Both the position numbers and the translations under genes were made by a program. Of a stretch of 64,000 bases of DNA, positions 9,887 through 18,141 are shown piece by piece (within the stretch, counting starts at the first letter, position 1; each line of letters opens with the position of its first letter). The notes beneath the pieces were generated by a model that saw nothing but the letters and a program-made list of their open reading frames with translations, searched no databases and had not been told where the DNA came from. The stretch lies in IMG/VR virus record IMGVR_UViG_3300025141_000020, positions 62,001-126,000 of that record; one strand, written 5' to 3'.

Positions 9887-11795
9887 CCACCTCTTTAGTT
9901 TCCCCGTTAATATCTGATTTTATTGTTTTTAAATCAACGTCTATTTCACAATTTCCTCCCGAACAAGCTAATTCACCTGATAGGTTTGTGTTGTCATCTA
10001 ATTCAACCACCTTAGTTAAATCCACATCTTTAAGTGATTTCATCATTTCGTAATACTCTTCCTCTGTAATATCTTCAAATGGTGCTTGTATATATGTTCC
10101 TCCGTTATATGGTAATACAGACAAACCATTATAAGATTTTCTATTTTTCCACATCCATTCTCCGGCAGCATCCCATTCATGGTCTCTTAATGATATTGTT
10201 GCTGAAACATTGTGTGAGTTTGAGCCTTTTCTATGTCCTGATTTTACCCATTCTGTTGCAACCTTTTTAACTCTTTCTAAAAGTTGGAAAGGAGATTCGG
10301 TTCTCATAATAGACCCTTTAGGTGCTTTTTGAGGGATACTGATTACGGCGGTGTCATGTGGTCTAAAATATTCATCTTCAACTAATTCAGGATGATTAAT
10401 AATTAAATAACCATAAATTGCCTCATTTTTTCCTACTCTAATTCTTCTAATATAATAATCGTTATGCCATGCATGAATACCTGATGAAGTTCCTAGTGTT
10501 AAAGAAGTGGTTCCTGCAGGTTTAACTGTAGTACATCTTGCTGATTGATTTATATCGATTAGTTTGGATACCCTGGTGTTTTCTCTTTTAACTAAACTGG
10601 CCGCTTTAGCCATATCATAAGTAAGAACTTTACCTGACCCAATTCCTGTCATTGAGACCCCTATTAAGGCATCTTTCTCAGTTGTTTCTTGCCATATTTC
10701 TCTTAAATAATGAAAAGAAGTGTATCCTGCTTGGAGTGTTCCTATAAATGCGGCTGTTTTTACTCTTTCATTTAAATCTTCTTGTGATTCTATATTTGAA
10801 ACATTTACTTCACATAAATTACAAAATTGATTTGGTCTTAAAGCTATTTCACAACAAGGGTTTGTTCCCCAATCTTTATCGTTGTTTAGATAAATACCTG
10901 GCTCTCCTGCTCCTGATAATTCAACTCTTTTCCACAAATCCATAAAAAATTCTTTAGTTATTTTATGTCTCATTAAACATGCTGAATTATTTGCTCTACC
11001 TCTCTGTGAATTTAACTCCCACCAATTACCAGTCTTACAACTAATCATTTCATCGTCATCTGCACTAAATAAACTAATAAGAGCAGCTCTACGAATACCA
11101 CCAGCCAATACTGCATCAGCAATATAGCATATAATATCATGTGTTTCTAATGTTGTTAATTGTTCTCCATTTTCTTTTTGATTTAATAACCCTTCTATCT
11201 TAACTAAACATTCTTTAAGTGGTTGTGGTCCAGGAGCTTTACCACCTGAAGTAATTAGTCTTGCACCTTTTGCTCTAATATCTGTATAATCAAAGTCTAC
11301 TCTAGACCCACCCCCATTCATATATGATTTCATAAGAACTTTAATCGAATCTGCCCAACCTTCAATTGAATCTCCAATTAAAAATCTTCGTTTTCTTTTT
11401 GGGTATGGTTTGCTAATGACGGGTAGTTTTTCTACGTGATGTTTTTGTACTGAGTAACCAACTCCCGTTCCTCCTAGTAATAAAAACATTGTTTCACTAA
11501 AAGCGTCTATGTGGTCTAATGGTACGTAAGCACAGTTATATATTCTATTTGGGCTAATCTCAATTGGTTTTCCTCCGAACTGCATTGACCTCATGGAAGG
11601 TAAAACTTTTTTAGTGTACACTAATTTATATTTTTCTTCTATCTCCTCTTTTAGTTCAGGATATTTTTTAATATGCATATTTTTATTACGTGTTACTAAC
11701 TCTTCCCATGTTTCTCTTCTGTTTAATTGGGGAAGGTACTTAGCGTATTTCATATATACAGTAATGTCCGATAGAATCTTGTTTGATGCTTCCAT
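9864..11795 (-). CDS. nrdJ: Class II (adenosylcobalamin-dependent) ribonucleotide reductase
   Basis: VLPSMRSMQFGG, NCAY, LLLGGTGVGYSV, GGIRRAA, TNPCCEI, FCNLCE, TTVKPAGT and C-terminal ACSGGNC motifs. Confidence 0.92.
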   Translation of the reverse strand: MEASNKILSDITVYMKYAKYLPQLNRRETWEELVTRNKNMHIKKYPELKEEIEEKYKLVYTKKVLPSMRSMQFGGKPIEISPNRIYNCAYVPLDHIDAFSETMFLLLGGTGVGYSVQKHHVEKLPVISKPYPKRKRRFLIGDSIEGWADSIKVLMKSYMNGGGSRVDFDYTDIRAKGARLITSGGKAPGPQPLKECLVKIEGLLNQKENGEQLTTLETHDIICYIADAVLAGGIRRAALISLFSADDDEMISCKTGNWWELNSQRGRANNSACLMRHKITKEFFMDLWKRVELSGAGEPGIYLNNDKDWGTNPCCEIALRPNQFCNLCEVNVSNIESQEDLNERVKTAAFIGTLQAGYTSFHYLREIWQETTEKDALIGVSMTGIGSGKVLTYDMAKAASLVKRENTRVSKLIDINQSARCTTVKPAGTTSLTLGTSSGIHAWHNDYYIRRIRVGKNEAIYGYLIINHPELVEDEYFRPHDTAVISIPQKAPKGSIMRTESPFQLLERVKKVATEWVKSGHRKGSNSHNVSATISLRDHEWDAAGEWMWKNRKSYNGLSVLPYNGGTYIQAPFEDITEEEYYEMMKSLKDVDLTKVVELDDNTNLSGELACSGGNCEIDVDLKTIKSDINGETKEVGVSETQI

Positions 11796-11808
11796 ATTTT
11801 ATTTTTTA

Positions 11809-13188
11809 TTAGTTATTTTTATTTATTACTTGTTCTCTTCTTTGTAGAGCTCTGGTGACTCTTTCACGATTTCTATTTGTTTTTTCTTCCTCAAAACCTA
11901 GGAATGTCGAAGTTGCGTCCGTATCTATATCTAGGGTGGCATTATCAAATTTACAATTTTCAAAAACTACACCGTCTTTACCTAGTCTAGATTTAACAAT
12001 CGCGATTGTTGCTAGTCCCATTTCTTTTTGTTGTAATGTTTTAGCTACAGATATGATAACATGACCTACTTGAGCTTTCTTAATTGACCCACCCATTTGG
12101 TCTGTTGTTACAACGTCTGAGGATATAGATGACCTATTACCTTGTGTAGCGGTCCATCCAGCTAAATTTAGTTCGTGACACATACCTTCAAATTTTCTCA
12201 TAACAGACCCTTCACCTTTCCACTCATCATTAAAGCTTCTGTCTGGTATAACACAATCAATATAATCTATAAGAACCATATCTAGTTTTACACCTTCAGA
12301 TATTATTTTACGTACTTGGTTTTTTATTTGTAGCATATTTAATTCGTCAGAAGGTAGTTTTTTTAATATCAGTCTACCACCTGTTTTTTTCATTTCATCC
12401 GCTTTATCCAATACAGTGTCTTTATGTTCACCTAAATCTTGTGAAGGAATCCCGGTCCAACAAGTAAAATGTTTTCTTTGGATTATCTTAGGGTTATCTT
12501 CAAAAAATATTTGTAGTACGTTACACCCCATATTATAAGCTGTATTGGCAAATCTGGTCAATAGTGTAGTTTTTCCTACCCCTGTAGGAGCTAAAATAAC
12601 ACCTATCTCACCTTTAGCTAAACCACCATTTAAAATATTATCTATCCCGTCTATACCAGTAGCTAATGGATGTCTATAATCTTCTTCTAATAATGCTTCT
12701 AGTTCACTGAATATTTCAAAATCTTCATTGCTTAATTCACCTGCACTAATAGCATCCCTAATATATTCTTCACACATATCATAACTCTCAAAGTCACCTT
12801 TTTCCATTATACCTTCCACTTTTCTTATAGCTTTTTTAAGTTCTTGTTGTTTACAAAATTTAATAGCTTTTTCTTTTATAAATAAATGGTCCTCAAATGA
12901 AGCGTCTTTAACTTCTTTTAACATATCAAAAACATATTTTTTTGCCATTTCTGAAGATATCTCAATCCTGGTAAGTTGGTCTAAAGCGTCAAATGATGGT
13001 GAGATTTGATAATTTTGGTAATATTCTTTTACCAACTGCATTATTAATTTAAAATACTGATTATCAAAATATTTTGGTAAAATTACGTCTATTATTGACG
13101 TAAAGAAGGTCTTATCCGTTATTATTAAATTTATTAGTTTTAGTTGGAAGCTGTGTCCCAGGTATCCGAAGTTTTTATTCTCATTCAT
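11809..13188 (-). CDS. DnaB/gp41-like replicative helicase
   Basis: Walker A APTGVGKT, LIDYID, ATQGNR and KSRLG motifs. Confidence 0.9.
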   Translation of the reverse strand: MNENKNFGYLGHSFQLKLINLIITDKTFFTSIIDVILPKYFDNQYFKLIMQLVKEYYQNYQISPSFDALDQLTRIEISSEMAKKYVFDMLKEVKDASFEDHLFIKEKAIKFCKQQELKKAIRKVEGIMEKGDFESYDMCEEYIRDAISAGELSNEDFEIFSELEALLEEDYRHPLATGIDGIDNILNGGLAKGEIGVILAPTGVGKTTLLTRFANTAYNMGCNVLQIFFEDNPKIIQRKHFTCWTGIPSQDLGEHKDTVLDKADEMKKTGGRLILKKLPSDELNMLQIKNQVRKIISEGVKLDMVLIDYIDCVIPDRSFNDEWKGEGSVMRKFEGMCHELNLAGWTATQGNRSSISSDVVTTDQMGGSIKKAQVGHVIISVAKTLQQKEMGLATIAIVKSRLGKDGVVFENCKFDNATLDIDTDATSTFLGFEEEKTNRNRERVTRALQRREQVINKNN

Positions 13189-13206
13189 TGATTATTTCCT
13201 TTTAAA

Positions 13207-13213
13207 ATAAATA
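13207..13213 (-). promoter_or_regulatory. TATTTAT element upstream of helicase
   Basis: Intergenic, 18 nt upstream of ATG 13188. Confidence 0.45.
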
Positions 13214-13221
13214 CTGTATCG

Positions 13222-13671
13222 CTACACATTAAGTGGGTAATCTTGGTAGTTACATGTAACTTTTTGTTGTGATAAAACTTGTGTTAGTTCTCTTAGCATT
13301 CTGGACATCTTTGGTCTTACGTCTACACTAAATCTTACCTTTGGGGGATAAATATCTGCACACGTTACTCTAGTGTAAACTTCTTTCGTTCCACATTTTA
13401 TGGTTATGGTAAAATAGTCCATACATTTATTGAGATTTAGGTAGTCTATATTTTTATCATTAAATGTACTATCTAACAATATTAAGGTTTTATATTTTAA
13501 ATCTTCTTTTAGTTCATTCATTATATCGGTAACCAAGTAATGTAGGTCTATTGATTGTGATGCGTATTTGTTAAAGTCTTTAACTGTGAAATATCTTTGG
13601 CAAACTATGTTATTACCTAATTTTAATAAAAACTCACATTTTTGTACTTCACCATAATTCTTATTTTTCAT
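13222..13671 (-). CDS. Hypothetical protein, 149 aa
   Basis: ORF tightly packed in the replication operon. Confidence 0.65.
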   Translation of the reverse strand: MKNKNYGEVQKCEFLLKLGNNIVCQRYFTVKDFNKYASQSIDLHYLVTDIMNELKEDLKYKTLILLDSTFNDKNIDYLNLNKCMDYFTITIKCGTKEVYTRVTCADIYPPKVRFSVDVRPKMSRMLRELTQVLSQQKVTCNYQDYPLNV

Positions 13672-13677
13672 CTTATT

Positions 13678-14694
13678 TTATTTTATTTTTTGTTTATAAA
13701 AGTCTTTTTCTATTCTAGATAATCTTAAAAATGGTTTTACAAAATCAACCCAAGAATCATCATACTTAGGTAAAATATTAAGAATTCCATCTGACATCAT
13801 CAAGCCTAAAGCGTTTTTCCAGTGTCTCCCTTCGGGGTCTATAGCTTCTTTTACTAAATCTTTTACACCAACTAAGGCTGTTTCTGTTAGAAATTGTTCC
13901 CCTATTCCAATTATTTTATAATTTGTTTCTAGAATGCCTACTTTATTTTTTTCTTTGGTTTGGTGTCTTTGCGTAACTTCTTCTAGTATGTTTTTTTCTT
14001 TCTTGGTCGGTTTATCTTTACTCTTTATAGTATCTATTATGTCTTTTAGAGTAACTTTATGTTCTAGTATTTCGGGTTTTATTTTTACTAGGGACTTTAT
14101 GCCTACCATTTTTATGCCATGTATGTTATCTGAAGAATCTCCACATATAGTCTTAACTACCCTAACATTTGTTGGTGGGATGTAAACTCCGTTTAGTGGT
14201 ACTTTATCACCAAATTTAAATAGTTTGTTTAATGATATTACGTGTAGTGATACTTTTTCTGAAATTAGTTGTAGAAGGTCCCTATCTGAAGTTAAAATTA
14301 TAATTTCTTCCTTTTGTGATTTTTCACAATAATGTCCTATACAATCGTCTGCTTCACAAAAATTAAAGGAAGATTGCCTTACATATAACTCTTCTAGATA
14401 TTGTTGTATTCGTAATTTTTGACGTGAATATGATTCTATTTCGTCTGTTGACTTTGTTTTCTGCCTCCTATTTAATTTATATTCGGGGTATATTTTGGTT
14501 CTAGGTTTTATGTTGTCCTTACCATCCCAGAACACAACAACCTTAGTTATTAGATAAGTGTCTAGATGCTTTCTTAAAGTGTTTAAGAAGTGATATAAAC
14601 CACCTATGTGGTCATCACCATTATACATATTTTTAATCCCATGAAAGCCAGTATTCAATAAAGAGTTTCCGTCAACTAATAAAGTTCTTGTCAC
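13678..14694 (-). CDS. 5'-3' exonuclease / RNase H (PolI N-terminal / FEN-like)
   Basis: LLVDGNSL, FWDG, YKLNR, EADD, LTSDRDLLQL and GDSSDNIHGIKMVG (H3TH) motifs. Confidence 0.9.
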   Translation of the reverse strand: MTRTLLVDGNSLLNTGFHGIKNMYNGDDHIGGLYHFLNTLRKHLDTYLITKVVVFWDGKDNIKPRTKIYPEYKLNRRQKTKSTDEIESYSRQKLRIQQYLEELYVRQSSFNFCEADDCIGHYCEKSQKEEIIILTSDRDLLQLISEKVSLHVISLNKLFKFGDKVPLNGVYIPPTNVRVVKTICGDSSDNIHGIKMVGIKSLVKIKPEILEHKVTLKDIIDTIKSKDKPTKKEKNILEEVTQRHQTKEKNKVGILETNYKIIGIGEQFLTETALVGVKDLVKEAIDPEGRHWKNALGLMMSDGILNILPKYDDSWVDFVKPFLRLSRIEKDFYKQKIK

Positions 14695-14724
14695 AATACA
14701 TTTATAAAAGGTTAAACAATTTTT

Positions 14725-15159
14725 TTACTTTACAACTTCTACTAACTCTATTTCAAAGTTTAAATCTTCACCAGCTAAAGGATGGTTCATATCAAGATTT
14801 ATACTCTCTTCTTCTATTTTTACAACTTGTCCTTGTACTGGTCTCCCTTCGTTATCCTGGCCTTGTATAAACCCGTTAAGTTCATATTTCATGCCTTCTG
14901 GGAATTCTGATTTAGGCACTGTTATGACAGCTTTATCTATATATTTACCATATGCTTCTTCTGAAGTTAGTGAAATAGTTTTTTTATCACCAACTTCCAG
15001 TTCTTTAACCGCGTCATTAAAACCTTTAAGTAATTTACCGTCATCTATTGAAAACTCTAACGGTTGGTTTTTGTCTCTAGAGCTGTCGAATACTTGCCCT
15101 TCTTTAATTGTACCTACATAATGTACTTTAACTTTGTCTCCTGTTTTTAATTTAGTCAT
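14725..15159 (-). CDS. slyD: FKBP-type peptidyl-prolyl isomerase (SlyD/SlpA-like, no His-rich tail)
   Basis: GDKVKVHYVG, FDSS, PLEF, EAYG, IF insertion domain and DMNHPLAGEDLNFEIEL. Confidence 0.9.
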   Translation of the reverse strand: MTKLKTGDKVKVHYVGTIKEGQVFDSSRDKNQPLEFSIDDGKLLKGFNDAVKELEVGDKKTISLTSEEAYGKYIDKAVITVPKSEFPEGMKYELNGFIQGQDNEGRPVQGQVVKIEEESINLDMNHPLAGEDLNFEIELVEVVK

Positions 15160-16156
15160 TTTCTTTTTCTATTTTTAAGTCGAACTCACCACCCGACCCT
15201 AATTGTTCGGACCAAAAGATAGCGTGTTCTTGTTTATAATTATCTATTGATTTCTTTTCCTCACTAGCTTCTCTACCGGATATAAAACCATGTGGTGTTA
15301 TAAGGATTTTTCCGTCCTCATATCCCAAACCATTTACGTGGTTTTTCATGATTGTTATTTTTGTTCTAGTAGCAAACTTTACTTTCCTCTTTTCTTTAAC
15401 TGCTGAAATATTTGTTGTTCCAGCATTTTTTTGGTTACCGAATCTAAAAACTAGGGTTGAGTTTAGCCATAAGGATTCTCCTCCTTTGGCCTTAATCTTA
15501 GGTTGGCCGAATGGGTTGTCTGGTAATTCTACCCATGGTTGGTTTACCACAACTAGAGTATTAGTATATTTAGAGTCCTGTCTTCTGGACTTTCCTATTC
15601 TTTGGTTAAGGCCCATTCCAATCTTATCGGCTAAAGTAGCTGCGTTATGCATTTTACCACCCTTACCATCAAAAGTCATTTTACATGGTACTGACCCTAC
15701 TGAATCCCATAAAAATAATAAATCGTATTCTAACTCACCATTAAGTTGTGCGTCCAATAAAGTGTTGATATAGTCGGTGATTTCTTCTATGTATTGGAAA
15801 TCGTTATTAAATAAGAAGAATCCATCCCAATCTACCTCACCAGTAGATTTGTCTACCACCTCCTCACAATCAAACCCTAAAAGTTTAGCGTGTTCAAATC
15901 CCCATTTTTGTTCAGTAATAATTAGTACAGGTAAAATTCCTTTATTTTGTGCATCAACCGCTGCCTTTATTAAAGCGGTAGTTTTTCCAGTATCTGAGTG
16001 CCCTAAAAACATCTGTAGATGCCCCATAGCTGGACCAGGTAAACCTGTAGCATTAAGGAAAGCTTCCCCTAAATCAAAAAATCTTTCTGGTTTAAAGTTA
16101 GCTTTCTTTGAGAATTTGTTTTTCAAGTCAGCGAATGTCCTTTTTTTCAATGCCAT
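15152..16156 (-). CDS. uvsX: RecA/UvsX-like recombinase
   Basis: Walker A GHSDTGKT, catalytic TE, WDSVGS, VNQPW and KGG motifs. Confidence 0.85.
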   Translation of the reverse strand: MALKKRTFADLKNKFSKKANFKPERFFDLGEAFLNATGLPGPAMGHLQMFLGHSDTGKTTALIKAAVDAQNKGILPVLIITEQKWGFEHAKLLGFDCEEVVDKSTGEVDWDGFFLFNNDFQYIEEITDYINTLLDAQLNGELEYDLLFLWDSVGSVPCKMTFDGKGGKMHNAATLADKIGMGLNQRIGKSRRQDSKYTNTLVVVNQPWVELPDNPFGQPKIKAKGGESLWLNSTLVFRFGNQKNAGTTNISAVKEKRKVKFATRTKITIMKNHVNGLGYEDGKILITPHGFISGREASEEKKSIDNYKQEHAIFWSEQLGSGGEFDLKIEKEND

Positions 16157-16166
16157 ATTTCTATAA

Positions 16167-17030
16167 TTAGAATGGTAAGTCTTCGTCTACTTTCTCGTTT
16201 GCTTGTGGGTCGGTACTACCTAAAACTGTAGTGTCTGTGGTGTTTTTTACCGCGTTTGGGTCATCATAAACATATTTCTTAAGTTCTGAATCCCATATTG
16301 GGTCTAATCCTTTAGCGATAGCTTCAAGATACTCTACTGGTTTTTGTGAATATACATCTTTCCAAGTTCTTTCATCTTCAGTCCAATCTTTTATTTTTTG
16401 TGCGTCATCCGAAAGTGGTGTTGGGTCTTCGTACATAACTGTTGATACTGTTGTATATTCTCCTCTACCTCCTGGTAATGGTACCGCTTGTAACATTAAT
16501 GTTAAGTCTCTACCTTCATTGGCGTCTGCCACATCACCTTTCTTTTGCCAAATAGGAATGATTTTATCGATAGGACCATCACCTTTCCAATTATGTTTAA
16601 ATCTCCAAAATTTAACACCGTCTTCTTCATTGTCTCTATCAATAACTTTTACAATATAAAATTTTTGTGAACGATAAGAACGCGCTAATTCTTTTGATTG
16701 TGCGTCTCCAGCTAATCTTAACGCTTCCTCAACTTCATTTAGTGGGCTTCTATCACCAGAAGGTTTTCCTTCTTCATTTTTACCTGGGTCATATAATTTT
16801 GTCCACCTTCCTTGTACTTGTATATTATGGAAATATACTTCTTTGAATGGGGACGTTCCGTCTTGTGTTGGTAGTATCCTTATTGTTTTTTCTCCTGATT
16901 TTGTTCCTTTAGGTAACATGATAGAAAGGTATTGTTTAAGTCTATCTTCTTGTGACATCATAGGTTTCGATGAACCTGATGTTTGTTTGTTTTTTTCGTA
17001 CTGGGATAGTACAGCGTCTAAACTACTCAT
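16167..17030 (-). CDS. Single-stranded DNA-binding protein (gp32-like)
   Basis: KTIRILP...PFKEVYFH, FYIVKVIDR, FWRF, GRDLTL and acidic C-terminal DEDLPF. Confidence 0.8.
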   Translation of the reverse strand: MSSLDAVLSQYEKNKQTSGSSKPMMSQEDRLKQYLSIMLPKGTKSGEKTIRILPTQDGTSPFKEVYFHNIQVQGRWTKLYDPGKNEEGKPSGDRSPLNEVEEALRLAGDAQSKELARSYRSQKFYIVKVIDRDNEEDGVKFWRFKHNWKGDGPIDKIIPIWQKKGDVADANEGRDLTLMLQAVPLPGGRGEYTTVSTVMYEDPTPLSDDAQKIKDWTEDERTWKDVYSQKPVEYLEAIAKGLDPIWDSELKKYVYDDPNAVKNTTDTTVLGSTDPQANEKVDEDLPF

Positions 17031-17073
17031 AAATTTTCAATTTTAATGTGTTAATAATATATCTTCTTTGTTA

Positions 17074-17103
17074 AATATAATAACATATTAATTAATAGTC
17101 AAA
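17074..17103 (-). promoter_or_regulatory. Host-type early/middle promoter TTGACT-N17-TATATT
   Basis: Read directly upstream of the SSB-RecA-FKBP-exonuclease operon. Confidence 0.65.
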
Positions 17104-17122
17104 CGTTATAATAAAAGGATTT

Positions 17123-17851
17123 TTAGTCTTCGCCGAAGCTTTGTTTGATTTCAGAATCATTATAATTTTCCACTTCTTCTGGTGTTAAAATATACTCTTG
17201 TTTACCCGTTTTGTCAAAAATTTCTTTTTTATCAACGAAAAAATCTGTTAAGGTGTTGTTAAATGGACCACTATCGTATTTTCTTAAGTCCAGCTTTTCT
17301 TTTGCAGTTCTTGGCCTGTACTTTTCTATCTTATCTTCAAGGTCGGAAATTTTATCTACCATGGTGTCCATAGAACTTAAGTGTTGTTCTAGGTCGTTTA
17401 ATTTATCCATTAGGTCCCCTAACCCCTCAGTGTTCTTTGATAGAATATCTTTTTGTGCTGTAAGTTCATCACTTATCTCATCATCTTTACTAACTAAGTC
17501 AGTAACATCTAATTCGGTTGTATTGTCTGTTGGTTCTTCCATGTCCATCAAATCTTCTTCTCCTTGTTCTTCGTCACCAACAACCACTTCTTCCTCTTCT
17601 GCAGGAAGTTCTCCCATCTCAGCTTCAGGGTCTGCAGATATTTCTACTTCATCTGTTGTTTCGTCTTCTACTGGTTCCTCTACATCTTCTTGTTCACCCA
17701 AATTAATATTAAACTTATTAGCCAATCTTTCTACATGACTTCCCATGCCTAAATTTTCCATCCCCATTGATTCATTTAAATTATCAGCGTTGTGTCTTAA
17801 AGTATTAAATCTAATTAATTCTTCTAATATTTTTCTATCCATCTTAGCCAT
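17123..17851 (-). CDS. Highly acidic coiled-coil protein, 242 aa
   Basis: D/E-rich middle region, then heptad LMDKLNDLEQHLSSMDTMVDKISDLEDKI. Confidence 0.7.
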   Translation of the reverse strand: MAKMDRKILEELIRFNTLRHNADNLNESMGMENLGMGSHVERLANKFNINLGEQEDVEEPVEDETTDEVEISADPEAEMGELPAEEEEVVVGDEEQGEEDLMDMEEPTDNTTELDVTDLVSKDDEISDELTAQKDILSKNTEGLGDLMDKLNDLEQHLSSMDTMVDKISDLEDKIEKYRPRTAKEKLDLRKYDSGPFNNTLTDFFVDKKEIFDKTGKQEYILTPEEVENYNDSEIKQSFGED

Positions 17852-18086
17852 TTAATAATTGTTTTACTTTTCCTGAAGGTGATTCAACATTAACCCGTCT
17901 ATTCACTCTGATACTGTTATCAACCCGTTCTATTAAACCATCTCTAGAACGAATGGTATAACATACACCGGTATCTAAGTCACAGACTTCTTTTCCGTCT
18001 TCATTTTGTCCGTGTTCAACTATATTATCCGTCTTTTTACCCATAAAATTTCCTAGTTTTTCTAAAAGTTTGTTGTCTGTAATCAT
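17844..18086 (-). CDS. Hypothetical protein, 80 aa
   Basis: Preceded by TATTTAT; stop overlaps next start. Confidence 0.6.
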   Translation of the reverse strand: MITDNKLLEKLGNFMGKKTDNIVEHGQNEDGKEVCDLDTGVCYTIRSRDGLIERVDNSIRVNRRVNVESPSGKVKQLLNG

Positions 18087-18109
18087 AGTATTGTAGTTTT
18101 TCTCATTAT

Positions 18110-18116
18110 ATAAATA
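18110..18116 (-). promoter_or_regulatory. TATTTAT putative late-promoter element
   Basis: Intergenic, 23 nt upstream of ATG 18086. Confidence 0.5.
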
Positions 18117-18141
18117 TCTGATAAAGTAATAATAGTCACCA

